The position numbers and the translations under genes are program-made. Below, piece after piece: positions 48,273 to 58,076 of a stretch of DNA of 64,000 nucleotides. The stretch covers positions 1-64,000 of IMG/VR virus record IMGVR_UViG_3300028797_000145; one strand, 5' to 3'. Position 1 is the first letter of the stretch; each line of letters starts with the position of its first letter. The notes beneath the pieces were generated by a model. It was not told the DNA's origin, did no database searches, and saw nothing but the letters and a program-made list of their open reading frames with translations. The stretch is from a virus (lineage: Duplodnaviria; Caudoviricetes).

Positions 48273-49286
48273 TTAACTCCAAGTGATTCGAATAGTTCTC
48301 GAACCTGCAGAGTAACCTCTGTTGTCTGTGTATCTCTTGTAGGCGGTAGAAGTTCCGCCAGCGTCATCGTGTGCTGTATTTGAAATATCAAACTCTCCAG
48401 CGACATCTTCCCAAGCCCCGCTCAGAGTATTTAGTACCTCAATAGTACTTACATTCCAAGTAGCAGGAACGTCAAAGACTTCGGGATTCGAAACGGTCTG
48501 TTCCGGGAATACAAATTCCTTAACTCCTGCCGACTTGCTCACAAGCGGAAGCTTAGCAATTGTCTGAATATTGCCAGTGTTAGCCCACAAAGCATTAACA
48601 AACTCGTATGTTACGATTGGCGAATTGACTGTACCAGCCGGAAGAGGCGAGTCATAGTCTTCTCCAATACTGTTCTTGGGTTGCTCACCTGCAGAGTAAT
48701 CGACAGTTCCCTGAAGAGTATTATCTTGTTCCGTTATTGTATAGAAAAACGAGTTGTTAGCCTGACCAGGACCGCCATTCAGATAATACATTGTTGCGGG
48801 ACCAGATCTGTAACCACTCGTTCCGTATGCCGGATTAATTAATCCTCTGTTGAAAGAAATAGACACTACTGTACTGAGAGTGCTACCCTTTTCGAGGAGC
48901 TTATCCCCAGTAGCGACCACAACAGCGCTCGGGTTGATGAGTCTCGGGTAATCGATGGGATTTAGCATATCTCGAATAATAGTTTCGAGCATCGTGCCTT
49001 GTTCGTATTCGTCACCGGAGTTAACACCACCAACCGTCCGAGTAGCTGTTAGGTCGTCTTTAAGGACTTCAATGTCCAACTCTGGGGAAAGCATATCGCC
49101 TTTCAACTCATGACCGTTAATAGTCATTTTGTTGTAATAGGCTTTTGCAATCTCCACATCACCTTCAACCTGGCCGTCAGCTTCGATGTCACCTTCAACT
49201 TCTCCTTGAGAAGAAATATCTCCGTCAAGTTCGTTGATAGGTGTAACATCGCCAGATAAGGAGTCGAGCATATCATTACGATCCAT
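48273..49286 (-). CDS. Modular tail/adhesin protein
   Basis: Start moved to MDRNDML; RDMLNPI.YP.L.NPSA...YEFVNALW.NT domain. Confidence 0.6.
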   Translation of the reverse strand: MDRNDMLDSLSGDVTPINELDGDISSQGEVEGDIEADGQVEGDVEIAKAYYNKMTINGHELKGDMLSPELDIEVLKDDLTATRTVGGVNSGDEYEQGTMLETIIRDMLNPIDYPRLINPSAVVVATGDKLLEKGSTLSTVVSISFNRGLINPAYGTSGYRSGPATMYYLNGGPGQANNSFFYTITEQDNTLQGTVDYSAGEQPKNSIGEDYDSPLPAGTVNSPIVTYEFVNALWANTGNIQTIAKLPLVSKSAGVKEFVFPEQTVSNPEVFDVPATWNVSTIEVLNTLSGAWEDVAGEFDISNTAHDDAGGTSTAYKRYTDNRGYSAGSRTIRITWS

Positions 49287-49647
49287 GTGTCTCCAACTCC
49301 TTTCCCATGCTGAACGGCTGGTTCTCAATAAATGTCGAATGGAAGTCGTCCGAGGTAATCAACTCAAACTCGTACCGGTATTCCTTGAATTCACAAGTCT
49401 CCGTGTCAACGGGTTCGAGGAAGAGAATGGCTTTGTTGTTCTCGAGATCGATACTTGCTTCTTTCTCGCAATGTACAGTGATCGAATCTTCAGCTTTTCT
49501 CTTAAGACGGAAGACAATCCTATCTCCATCTTGGAGTTCATACGGAACCTTCTCTCCGGTTGTCTCATCTTTTACCTTGGGCACCACCTGAATCCTAGCG
49601 GAGTCGCCTCTTGTCATATAAATTTTCAAACCGTCTATTGTTAACAT
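49276..49647 (-). CDS. BppU N-terminal-like baseplate/adaptor protein
   Basis: IYMTRGDS...YELQDGDRIVF...L...DT...Y.YEFEL pattern. Confidence 0.55.
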   Translation of the reverse strand: MLTIDGLKIYMTRGDSARIQVVPKVKDETTGEKVPYELQDGDRIVFRLKRKAEDSITVHCEKEASIDLENNKAILFLEPVDTETCEFKEYRYEFELITSDDFHSTFIENQPFSMGKELETHGS

Positions 49648-49671
49648 GATGTACCTCCGCTTTTATTTTGA

Positions 49672-49932
49672 TCAGTCTTTGTCTTCCGGGAAAATTTCCT
49701 CAAGTTCCTTCTCCGGATCCTCGAGAGTTTTGTTGAATTTGTTGTATTGCGCAGTGCTGATGCCAAGCAAAGCACCAAGGAAGCAATCGATAGCTGTAAT
49801 GGTGCCTACGATCTGTTCTGCATAAGGCAATCCCCAAATGGATGCCAAAGCAAAATATAACGTACCAATTGCCGGTAACAGGATCTGAGCGATCCATTTA
49901 AGAACGTCATATGTTTTGTTTGTGAATTTCAT
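49672..49932 (-). CDS. Holin, Dp-1 family
   Basis: NKTYDVLKWIAQILLPAIGTLYFALASIWGLPYAEQIVGTITAIDCFLGALLGIS. Confidence 0.85.
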   Translation of the reverse strand: MKFTNKTYDVLKWIAQILLPAIGTLYFALASIWGLPYAEQIVGTITAIDCFLGALLGISTAQYNKFNKTLEDPEKELEEIFPEDKD

Positions 49933-49949
49933 TTTGAGTACCTCCTTTG

Positions 49950-52865
49950 TTAGGTCTCCAAGGCTATTACTCTAGCCTCTAAATCGATCAACTTTGTTCT
50001 GAGATCGGTAAAATATACATTGCTCATCCATTCTGGAAGGTCAATGTATTTTGAAGCATTACCAACAGGAACTGGACAATCACGAGAGTCTTCGTATTCC
50101 TCTTTGCCTCCTTTATAAACAACTTGAGGCGACATATACGTTGTAGACTGCTGTGTGGTCGGAGTGGTAAGCTTGTATACCGTATTTGTTCCATCAGTAA
50201 TGGCATCTATAAGGTTCTCATCGCCGGCTTGATAAGCTCGGTAACCATACTTACGAGTTATTGAGCCATCGGGATTCTTAACATCGCCATCGTACACGAT
50301 TTTTCCATCAACTAGCTTAGCTAATCCTCTCAAATCATCCGATCCGAGATTACAAGTGTACATCAACTGGTTATCGCTGTTAAAGTACTTTTTGTTTCCA
50401 AGCTTCGCACTAATTAAACCAGACGTTACTGACTGATAGTATTCTTTAGTGAAAAGTCCAAAAGATTGAAGCCATTTCATTCCGTCGTACCCATCAAATT
50501 GGTATGAGTCTACAACATTCAATCCGTATGCGTAAGATGCTATATCGTCATTCAACATTTGAGTTAAGTCTGTGACATACACATTTTTTATTTGCCAAGT
50601 GTCCCCTGCAGCATATGATTGTTCTTCATCGCACATGGGACCGATATGTAAATATGTGTGTTCAGATCTTTCAACTTCTTGTATAATATTGAACGTGTAC
50701 CAAGTATTAGGTTCAGTGGCTGCGTAATAAAAACGATCTCCAGTGTCGATATATTGATCAGATAAATTGATATGGAACTGTGTATTGGCATGAGGCATGT
50801 TAACTGAACACGAAATCAGATATTTATGTCCTTCAACCAATGTAAGGTCACTTCTATATAGCTCATGAGTATGAGCGGCGCTCATCGGCCAAGCATATTG
50901 GATAGTTAATGTAGCAACATTATTGCTAACCGACATGGTGGAATTTTCTACGGTCCATCCAGAATCACTAGAAAAATTTCCATTTTGAATTAACTGATTC
51001 CAGTTGAATGTTACTCCAACAGGTCGCTCGTACACCGCATCATGAACAGAAATCTTTGATAGACAAGGACAATTATCTGACGTATTAAATATAACTTCGA
51101 CATCTTCTTCCTTGGCCGATCCAATGTCTGAAGGGATCAACGGCATCGCTCGTTTAATTCCGTCAGTAATGTCTTCGGATGCTTGAAGAACATCGCCAAA
51201 TGCGTCGTCGATCCAATATGAAAGGCTCATTGCTCCACCGGCACTATTAGATACTTTACAATAATCTTTAATAAGTCTAATTGGAGCTGCTTTGATGTCA
51301 TATGTTACCGGTATATTAACCTCATAAGCAATTTCATATCCAGTTAAAGCAGCTTTTAAGTCTGATGCCGTTGTGAACCTTGAATCCTTGATCCAAATAT
51401 ACTGATCGCCAATGGAAAAAGATATTGACCCGTCAGTCATCGAAGTAACTGATGTAGAAGTGGTATCAACTTTATAGCAATCGCAGTATCCGTAAGTGGC
51501 GCCACTTTTCTTAGATTCAAGTTCAACAAAGAAACAGTTGCTATAGTCCTGACTCAACTCCCAGTCGAGACTGCCAATATCTGAAACATCATAACTATCA
51601 AGTACTTTACCGTTAACTAAATCGGCAGTGCCACCATAAATAGTTACTGGAAATGATGAATTTGAAACTTCATTTTGAAAAAATTCAGCATCCCAATCGA
51701 ATGTTAACATGGGAGAACAAACCACATTGTCAAATGTAGTCCCTTCATAAATGCTGAATCCAATATCTGTAACTTTTGTCCCTTGTAAAAACGGCAAATA
51801 CTCAGAGACATTCGGTTCTAGTATATTATTGTAAGAAACTCTATCATTTCCGTTGTAATATCTAAGGAGACCTATTGGAGCGTTGTTAAAGCACTTTAAA
51901 TACAACGTGCGTCCGCTTTCCTCTGGTACATGATAGTTATAAACTGGAAGTCTAAACTTAAGCTCTATATTCTTAGTCGCTGTACCATTGAAAATATAAA
52001 CGCCATTTTCAGTCTTTACGGTAACTCCATCTTTAGTAATCGTCTGCTTAGGAACTGCTGGAAGATAGTTAACATTACTAAGCGAACTAACTAAAATATC
52101 ATTATAACCTTTAATTTTAGAAATGTTAGTATATGGTTCAAAGGTACTGCTAGAAACATCAGATCTTCGAATCATTGGGGTAACAACATAATCGCTGGAA
52201 TACGGATACTCGTAAGTCGGTATCTCTAGTATCATCTCAGCTGTTGTGGTGTTGGATCTGCTAAAAGAAACGTCATTACCAGACGTTTGAACAGACATAC
52301 CTTCTCCGTCCGCATTTCTCAAAACTAAAGTTAAACTATGAGTCATTGAGGGACCATTTAAAATATAGCTACCAGATAAATTGAATTCCCCAATTTTCAG
52401 ATAGATATACTTATCCGGCTTCCCATATGCTTTTAAACCAACAACATTATCACTATCATCGGTTAATATAGCGATTGTTACACCATATGTAGTAATTGTG
52501 TTGTCAATCCATCCAGTTAATCCAGTCGCAGATTTAATGCTTTCAACTGTCATTGGAAATAGGTTCTTGCCAAAACCGCCATACCAAGAATGCTCATAAC
52601 CATTAAGATTTTGAGCAGGTTTAAGATTAATCGACAATGCGCTGGAATATGTTTTCGAGGCGTCATTAATCTCAATGTTTCGACCTGTAACGGTTTTGGC
52701 TCCGCCTATGTTTAGCTTATCCGTATTCACCCACTTTTGGAGTTCATCATCCCAAGCAATAAACTGACCATCCGCAAGATTTGTAAGACCAACATCGGTT
52801 AACGAATTAAGAGCTGCTGATCTCATACCAGAGTAGCACTCACCCTTATACATCATCATTCCCAT
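49950..52865 (-). CDS. Large tail fiber / baseplate-associated protein
   Basis: 971 aa, GKNLF and NQLIQNGNF segments typical of Firmicute phage tail proteins with carbohydrate-binding modules. Confidence 0.65.
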   Translation of the reverse strand: MGMMMYKGECYSGMRSAALNSLTDVGLTNLADGQFIAWDDELQKWVNTDKLNIGGAKTVTGRNIEINDASKTYSSALSINLKPAQNLNGYEHSWYGGFGKNLFPMTVESIKSATGLTGWIDNTITTYGVTIAILTDDSDNVVGLKAYGKPDKYIYLKIGEFNLSGSYILNGPSMTHSLTLVLRNADGEGMSVQTSGNDVSFSRSNTTTAEMILEIPTYEYPYSSDYVVTPMIRRSDVSSSTFEPYTNISKIKGYNDILVSSLSNVNYLPAVPKQTITKDGVTVKTENGVYIFNGTATKNIELKFRLPVYNYHVPEESGRTLYLKCFNNAPIGLLRYYNGNDRVSYNNILEPNVSEYLPFLQGTKVTDIGFSIYEGTTFDNVVCSPMLTFDWDAEFFQNEVSNSSFPVTIYGGTADLVNGKVLDSYDVSDIGSLDWELSQDYSNCFFVELESKKSGATYGYCDCYKVDTTSTSVTSMTDGSISFSIGDQYIWIKDSRFTTASDLKAALTGYEIAYEVNIPVTYDIKAAPIRLIKDYCKVSNSAGGAMSLSYWIDDAFGDVLQASEDITDGIKRAMPLIPSDIGSAKEEDVEVIFNTSDNCPCLSKISVHDAVYERPVGVTFNWNQLIQNGNFSSDSGWTVENSTMSVSNNVATLTIQYAWPMSAAHTHELYRSDLTLVEGHKYLISCSVNMPHANTQFHINLSDQYIDTGDRFYYAATEPNTWYTFNIIQEVERSEHTYLHIGPMCDEEQSYAAGDTWQIKNVYVTDLTQMLNDDIASYAYGLNVVDSYQFDGYDGMKWLQSFGLFTKEYYQSVTSGLISAKLGNKKYFNSDNQLMYTCNLGSDDLRGLAKLVDGKIVYDGDVKNPDGSITRKYGYRAYQAGDENLIDAITDGTNTVYKLTTPTTQQSTTYMSPQVVYKGGKEEYEDSRDCPVPVGNASKYIDLPEWMSNVYFTDLRTKLIDLEARVIALET

Positions 52866-52883
52866 ATTGTCACCTCTTGGAAG

Positions 52884-55193
52884 TTAGTTTCTGGTATAAC
52901 ATTGAACTTTACTTAAAGTACAAGCTTTACCCCAAAGTTCAAACCAATTCGCAGTTCCTCGAATACGTATTGCTGTATACTGATGTTCGTTCAAGTAAAT
53001 GTCGTATGTCTTCCATTCATTTTGAACAAACCGAATGTTTGTTGATTCTTGCTGTTCATCTATCAGGCAGTTTTCATAAACCCCGTCAGATGTAAGACCT
53101 TCAACATAGATCGTCTGTGAAGTACTAGGGCCATTGTTTGCTGTCTCAATTCTAAGCAAATATAATTGATTAAGAGTGCCCCAATCATAAACTATCCAAG
53201 GAGCCGTATCGTCGGTATCTGGTAACCAACCACCAGACATATCGGATGCAGCAGACTGTCCATTGAATGCCATGTAAGCGGCATACGCTGAACCATACTG
53301 ACTAGAATATGTTACTTCACCGCTCGGTGTTGTATCGCTAGTCATGGTCGGTATAAGTTCTCTTAAGGTGGGATCTTCTCCACTGATCAAAACCCATTCT
53401 CCAGACATGTTAAGATACTTAGCAAGCTCTTTATGAGATCTTGGATCCAGATAATAATATACTTCCCCGTCAAGTCCTCTGTATGGAGGAGGTGCTATAG
53501 AACCATACTTATTAGTTATAGCTCCAGCGCCATTTTTTACTCCATAAATCTCATAAAGAACCCAGTTAGATCCTTGATCGACAAATGTTAATTCATCCTC
53601 ATCTGTAATTTGATATGTCCAATAATTACTACTGCTAGACCAACCGAAACCTTGAATATAATCATTCACATTAAGATTTTTAGTATCGTATGTGACATCG
53701 ACCTTATAGGTTTTATTGTCGGCTGACCTTAGATTTCTAAATATAAGCAAATCGTATGCTGTGTATTGGTCATTCAATTCGATCAACTGGGGATTAGATG
53801 TGCCGTTGCCTCTGAAGAGTAACGTATTGGATCCTACTTCAGCTATCTCATAAACTAGATCGCCAATTTGTAATTTCTGAAGAGAATAATCAGCATCCGC
53901 TAGGGGATTTCCTATAACTACAGTTCCTGGTCCACCAGATCCAGTACCGTAATTAATACCAATAACTTCTGAAATATACATTTCGTATTGGTAATCACCC
54001 TTGGAAAGTTGATTAACATCATCAACTTTGAAATAAAAATAGAACGAGTCCGAGCATATACCAATTTGCTCATTGTCGTTCATTGCTTCTATCAATTTGC
54101 TTGTAGGAAATATGTTTGGAAATCTTAATTCAAATCCACCATATGTCATAGCCGTTGTGACACAAATAGCATCAAACTCCGTAATGTCATCAGATAATGG
54201 CATTACATTTTGAACATATGTCCCGGAATACAAAGAAGTCTCGCAATATGAAGACTTGCTTGTTCCTTTACCAGAACTACCATATCTAAGACCTACTATT
54301 TTGAAACACGATAGCCCAGAATAGTCACCTCTTGTAAAGGTTTTAGAGTTTGTTACTTTAAAATACCAGTATTTCTCATCGCTGGTTATTCCGAATTGAT
54401 CATTAGATCCTGTAAACTGTAAAAGCTCACTAACGGAAAACGTCGAAACTATGTTATTACCAGCGCTATGACAATAAACCATTATAGAATCGAAGTTCAA
54501 TATTGATTGCGACAGATTCAAAGTAGAAACTTCGTCATCCGAGTCATATATCGTAATCTCGGCGTACTTATCATCTCCTCCAGGAGTTTCTAAACTTGTA
54601 TCTTTTTCAACCAAATATAGCATCCGACCAGATCCGCCGTTAATGTTACACATATAACCGGCATCATTACCGCTAAGTGTTAGAGTCTTAAAATCTTCAC
54701 TATAAGTCGCAATACAATGTATAGAACCTGAAGATCCAGGACTAGTAGGAGGCTTCGCTGATCCTCCCCCATAATGGCCATAGCATACTGGAGATCCATA
54801 CCTAAACGGTCCCATCTGGACATAGTTGTTTACACCATCGCCATCAATAGACATAATGTAAACTGGTATCTCATCAAATTCCCAGGATCTGCTAGTTTGA
54901 CCATCGCCAATCCAAGATCGGGTTTTGATCTCATAAAACTTGCCAGCAATTTTTACTCCAGAACCATCAGCCGGATCAGCATCTTTAATGTAATAAAGAA
55001 TATCAGGATCGTTCCTAAGATCAGGAGTGAGAGCATTGTATTCTTCTAATGTGACTTCTTTAACAATCCCAAGATCAGTAGTTGACTTGTCTCCTATTAG
55101 AGTCACACCGTTTACTTTTGGCTTGTACGAAAGTCTCTCGTACTCGGCGAAGCCACCAAACTGAACACCGCCATGCATGATCTTACCGGCCAT
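52884..55193 (-). CDS. Tail adhesin-like protein with three internal repeats and a C-terminal discoidin-like domain
   Basis: Three roughly 100-aa repeats (L....FDSI.V / L.DD...FDAI.V / L.D....YDLL.F); IPTMTS.TTPSG...AYMAFNG C-domain. Confidence 0.6.
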   Translation of the reverse strand: MAGKIMHGGVQFGGFAEYERLSYKPKVNGVTLIGDKSTTDLGIVKEVTLEEYNALTPDLRNDPDILYYIKDADPADGSGVKIAGKFYEIKTRSWIGDGQTSRSWEFDEIPVYIMSIDGDGVNNYVQMGPFRYGSPVCYGHYGGGSAKPPTSPGSSGSIHCIATYSEDFKTLTLSGNDAGYMCNINGGSGRMLYLVEKDTSLETPGGDDKYAEITIYDSDDEVSTLNLSQSILNFDSIMVYCHSAGNNIVSTFSVSELLQFTGSNDQFGITSDEKYWYFKVTNSKTFTRGDYSGLSCFKIVGLRYGSSGKGTSKSSYCETSLYSGTYVQNVMPLSDDITEFDAICVTTAMTYGGFELRFPNIFPTSKLIEAMNDNEQIGICSDSFYFYFKVDDVNQLSKGDYQYEMYISEVIGINYGTGSGGPGTVVIGNPLADADYSLQKLQIGDLVYEIAEVGSNTLLFRGNGTSNPQLIELNDQYTAYDLLIFRNLRSADNKTYKVDVTYDTKNLNVNDYIQGFGWSSSSNYWTYQITDEDELTFVDQGSNWVLYEIYGVKNGAGAITNKYGSIAPPPYRGLDGEVYYYLDPRSHKELAKYLNMSGEWVLISGEDPTLRELIPTMTSDTTPSGEVTYSSQYGSAYAAYMAFNGQSAASDMSGGWLPDTDDTAPWIVYDWGTLNQLYLLRIETANNGPSTSQTIYVEGLTSDGVYENCLIDEQQESTNIRFVQNEWKTYDIYLNEHQYTAIRIRGTANWFELWGKACTLSKVQCYTRN

Positions 55194-55218
55194 GGTAACT
55201 CCTCCTTGCCATTTTGAA

Positions 55219-55644
55219 TTAGATTCTGTGTTCTACATACAATTTGTGGTATGTGTCTTTAATCACTTTTGTTGTAAGGACCGTCCTGTTGTTTTCAAAC
55301 TTTGGATGATCCTTACAATACTGTTCGTAGCTGGTTATGTCATCCAGCACCTGATCAAATGATTCCTTGCTGTGTTCGATGTGGCCAACTCTGACCTCGT
55401 CACCGAACTTTAATATGTCCTTTCTTATCCTAATTGCATCATTCTCGTCTACTTTCTTCTCCAAAGCGTCAATCTTATCGGAGAGATCTTTAACCCCCAT
55501 CATCTTGCCTGCCCATTTGCCAAGCCATGACCAAGGGTTAATTTTTATTGGTGCAATCTGGATAAGAGATAGTCCTGCAATAAGCAACAGCCAATTACGC
55601 TGTACACTTACTCCTATTAATTGGAGAATCTCTTGTACATTCAT
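55219..55644 (-). CDS. Membrane protein of the lysis region (holin-associated)
   Basis: N-terminal TM, IKINPWSWLGKW, RIRKDILKF...YEQYC pattern common beside phage holins. Confidence 0.6.
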   Translation of the reverse strand: MNVQEILQLIGVSVQRNWLLLIAGLSLIQIAPIKINPWSWLGKWAGKMMGVKDLSDKIDALEKKVDENDAIRIRKDILKFGDEVRVGHIEHSKESFDQVLDDITSYEQYCKDHPKFENNRTVLTTKVIKDTYHKLYVEHRI

Positions 55645-55648
55645 TGGT

Positions 55649-56014
55649 TTACTCCTTCTTTGAATGCTTGGTTACATCAAGCTCTGTGAAAGCCATCGGA
55701 TCTATAGTGAACCGCATAGGCTCGTTGTTTGCGAACTTCTTTCTATTTGTAATCTCAAGGCGACACTGCTGCGTGTCAGGATCAAACGTAATAATACCGT
55801 CTTCCTTGGATTCAGGAAGTCCCGCTATAATTGACGTTAGCATAGAAAGTAAGCTTGCAGTCAAAGAAACCAATATAATGTGTATCCAATCAATTTCATT
55901 TATAGCAACATCGACAGTTACCATGCCTGCCATAGCTTGAAATAACGTACGAACAGCTCTTAACACAGCTGCCTTCCAAAGCTCAGTGTTTCCTAAATCA
56001 CGCAATAGTGTCAT
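55649..56014 (-). CDS. Holin, r1t family
   Basis: WKAAVLRAVRTLFQAMAG...DW...L.A.LLS.LTSI.AGLPE; start moved to MTLLRD (RBS AGGAG). Confidence 0.75.
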   Translation of the reverse strand: MTLLRDLGNTELWKAAVLRAVRTLFQAMAGMVTVDVAINEIDWIHIILVSLTASLLSMLTSIIAGLPESKEDGIITFDPDTQQCRLEITNRKKFANNEPMRFTIDPMAFTELDVTKHSKKE

Positions 56015-56033
56015 CTCCTTTCCATTTTGAATA

Positions 56034-58052
56034 TTAGAATGCAAAGCAAATCGGATACCAGTCTCCACCACCTGAGAAGTCACCATTTTCGCTAATGCCC
56101 CAATACCCATGAATATTGGATCCACCACCGTTTGGATAACCATAGTTTTTAATAGTTCTAAGAGTATATCCGGTGTATGTACTTGTGTTTGTACATTGAA
56201 CCTTCTTATACTTTTCAGGTGTGTTTGGAGTTAAAATCGGATATCGTTCCTCACCATCTACTGAAATAGTAACTCCACCATATGCAGAAGACATATCCAG
56301 GATCTTTTCATGCTGTTCGTAACCATAAATATTCGGTAAGAATGGCTCACTCCAACTATTAATTCCCATCGGACCGTACTCCATACTTCCAGCATTTCGG
56401 TCATTCAAATGGTGATGAATCAAAGTTTTGTAAGTCTCAGTAAGATTTGCCCCACTCATCTCATATAACGACGGAATCCAAATCTCGTCAACTGTTTGCA
56501 TCTCGCATCTTGTTTCAAACAAATGAGAAATTTGAACATCTTCCCACTCGCACCATGGTGCGCTGGTATAGATTGTTGTCGGAACTAAAGCATTAACAAT
56601 CGTAGCCCCATCAGAAAGTGTAGAAAGAACTTCTAGGAATTCACCATTAAGGAATTTCCTAACACCACTAGTAGGCCACGAAGCAATGGTTCCGATCATT
56701 GTATTTCGGAAAAGTGTTTTTGAACACCACAAACTGTTGGAGTGTCCAGATCCTACCTTTTCCATAATCAAAGTTCCGTACTGTTTGTCGCTAACGGAAC
56801 CAATTGTAAGAGATTTGTAGTCGCCGACATTATACTTTGTACCGGCACAAGCGACAATGTCGTCCCAACTATCAGATATCTCACCAGCTGTTCCTTCTAC
56901 CGGTTCTCCAAATTGAGCATATACATCCATATCAGATGTGACACGAACTGGAACCGGAGACCAACCCTTAAATTCAAGTGCTGCGTCTTCATGATTTAAA
57001 GGTATACTACCACTATATTGAGCAGAGCTGTATGCTCTTACTTCTTGCTCTTCAAGTGGATCATTTCCATTGTAAAAGGTAACTTTGAATGTTCCTGATA
57101 CTTTAGGCTCCTTGACATGAACACTAACCATCTTGTATCCATCACAAGCATCTGTCTCAGAAGCTACAAATGTGCCGTTGGCATCAATGTCCTTCATTTC
57201 AAGGAGACCATTTTCATCAACTTTCTTAATCTCTTCTTCATTCTCTTCGGGATTTTCAGACTTACCAGACTGGGTCGGTTTAGTTGTGCTACCACCTGTA
57301 CGTCCACTAGTACTTGTAGTCTTAGCCGCTGTAGAATTCGGAAGATTAATGCTTACTGAAGAAAATAACTTTCCTTCAGGAGGATAGTGGGTTACGTGGT
57401 TGTCGTCAAACTTGCCTTCAACCTTCAGCTCACTATCCGGAACGTTTACTTTGATACTAGAATATGCACGATAATATGTATAATTCTCGCCAGCATCGTA
57501 AACCTTATTCTTATCAAAATTACCAGCTTCGAGCTCCGGAATATCATCAGCTATGTGATTAATGATCTCTGCAAGTCCACGGAAGTCGAAATTCATGTCA
57601 GCAATCTTCTTCTTTGCTTTTACAGCATCGATCATCTTCTTTTTAGTATCTGTAAGAGTCTTCAAATAGCTCTCACAAGCAGCCAATGTTTCCATATTGG
57701 TCTTCGGATCGATTTCGTAATGCATAATAGTTCCGAAAGCTGGACGTAAATATGTACCAATAATGGTATAAAGGTTACCACTTGTCATTACGTTTTCGCT
57801 TCGCAATGCATACTCGTCATCTTCCAAAGCTTCGGCAAGATCAAACGCCAACTTTGCCCAAATATCTTCCATTGCTCTTTCATACTCAGTACGAATAGCA
57901 AATTCGCTTGCTGGAACGCCATTAAGCGAACCGGCGTTGGCTGCTGACGTCTTCAACGTCTTTGCAGCATCTATGATGGCATCTCTAACGGCTTCTCCGC
58001 TGGATGCTGATTCAATAATTTTGAAAAAACTTCGCAAATCTGAAGAAGCCAT
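56034..58052 (-). CDS. Virion-associated protein with C-terminal DUF6273-like domain
   Basis: WPTSGVRKFLNGEFL...DEIWIPSLYE; InlB-like F.GWSPVP segment. Confidence 0.55.
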   Translation of the reverse strand: MASSDLRSFFKIIESASSGEAVRDAIIDAAKTLKTSAANAGSLNGVPASEFAIRTEYERAMEDIWAKLAFDLAEALEDDEYALRSENVMTSGNLYTIIGTYLRPAFGTIMHYEIDPKTNMETLAACESYLKTLTDTKKKMIDAVKAKKKIADMNFDFRGLAEIINHIADDIPELEAGNFDKNKVYDAGENYTYYRAYSSIKVNVPDSELKVEGKFDDNHVTHYPPEGKLFSSVSINLPNSTAAKTTSTSGRTGGSTTKPTQSGKSENPEENEEEIKKVDENGLLEMKDIDANGTFVASETDACDGYKMVSVHVKEPKVSGTFKVTFYNGNDPLEEQEVRAYSSAQYSGSIPLNHEDAALEFKGWSPVPVRVTSDMDVYAQFGEPVEGTAGEISDSWDDIVACAGTKYNVGDYKSLTIGSVSDKQYGTLIMEKVGSGHSNSLWCSKTLFRNTMIGTIASWPTSGVRKFLNGEFLEVLSTLSDGATIVNALVPTTIYTSAPWCEWEDVQISHLFETRCEMQTVDEIWIPSLYEMSGANLTETYKTLIHHHLNDRNAGSMEYGPMGINSWSEPFLPNIYGYEQHEKILDMSSAYGGVTISVDGEERYPILTPNTPEKYKKVQCTNTSTYTGYTLRTIKNYGYPNGGGSNIHGYWGISENGDFSGGGDWYPICFAF

Positions 58053-58076
58053 TAAAGTATACCTCCATCATTTTGA

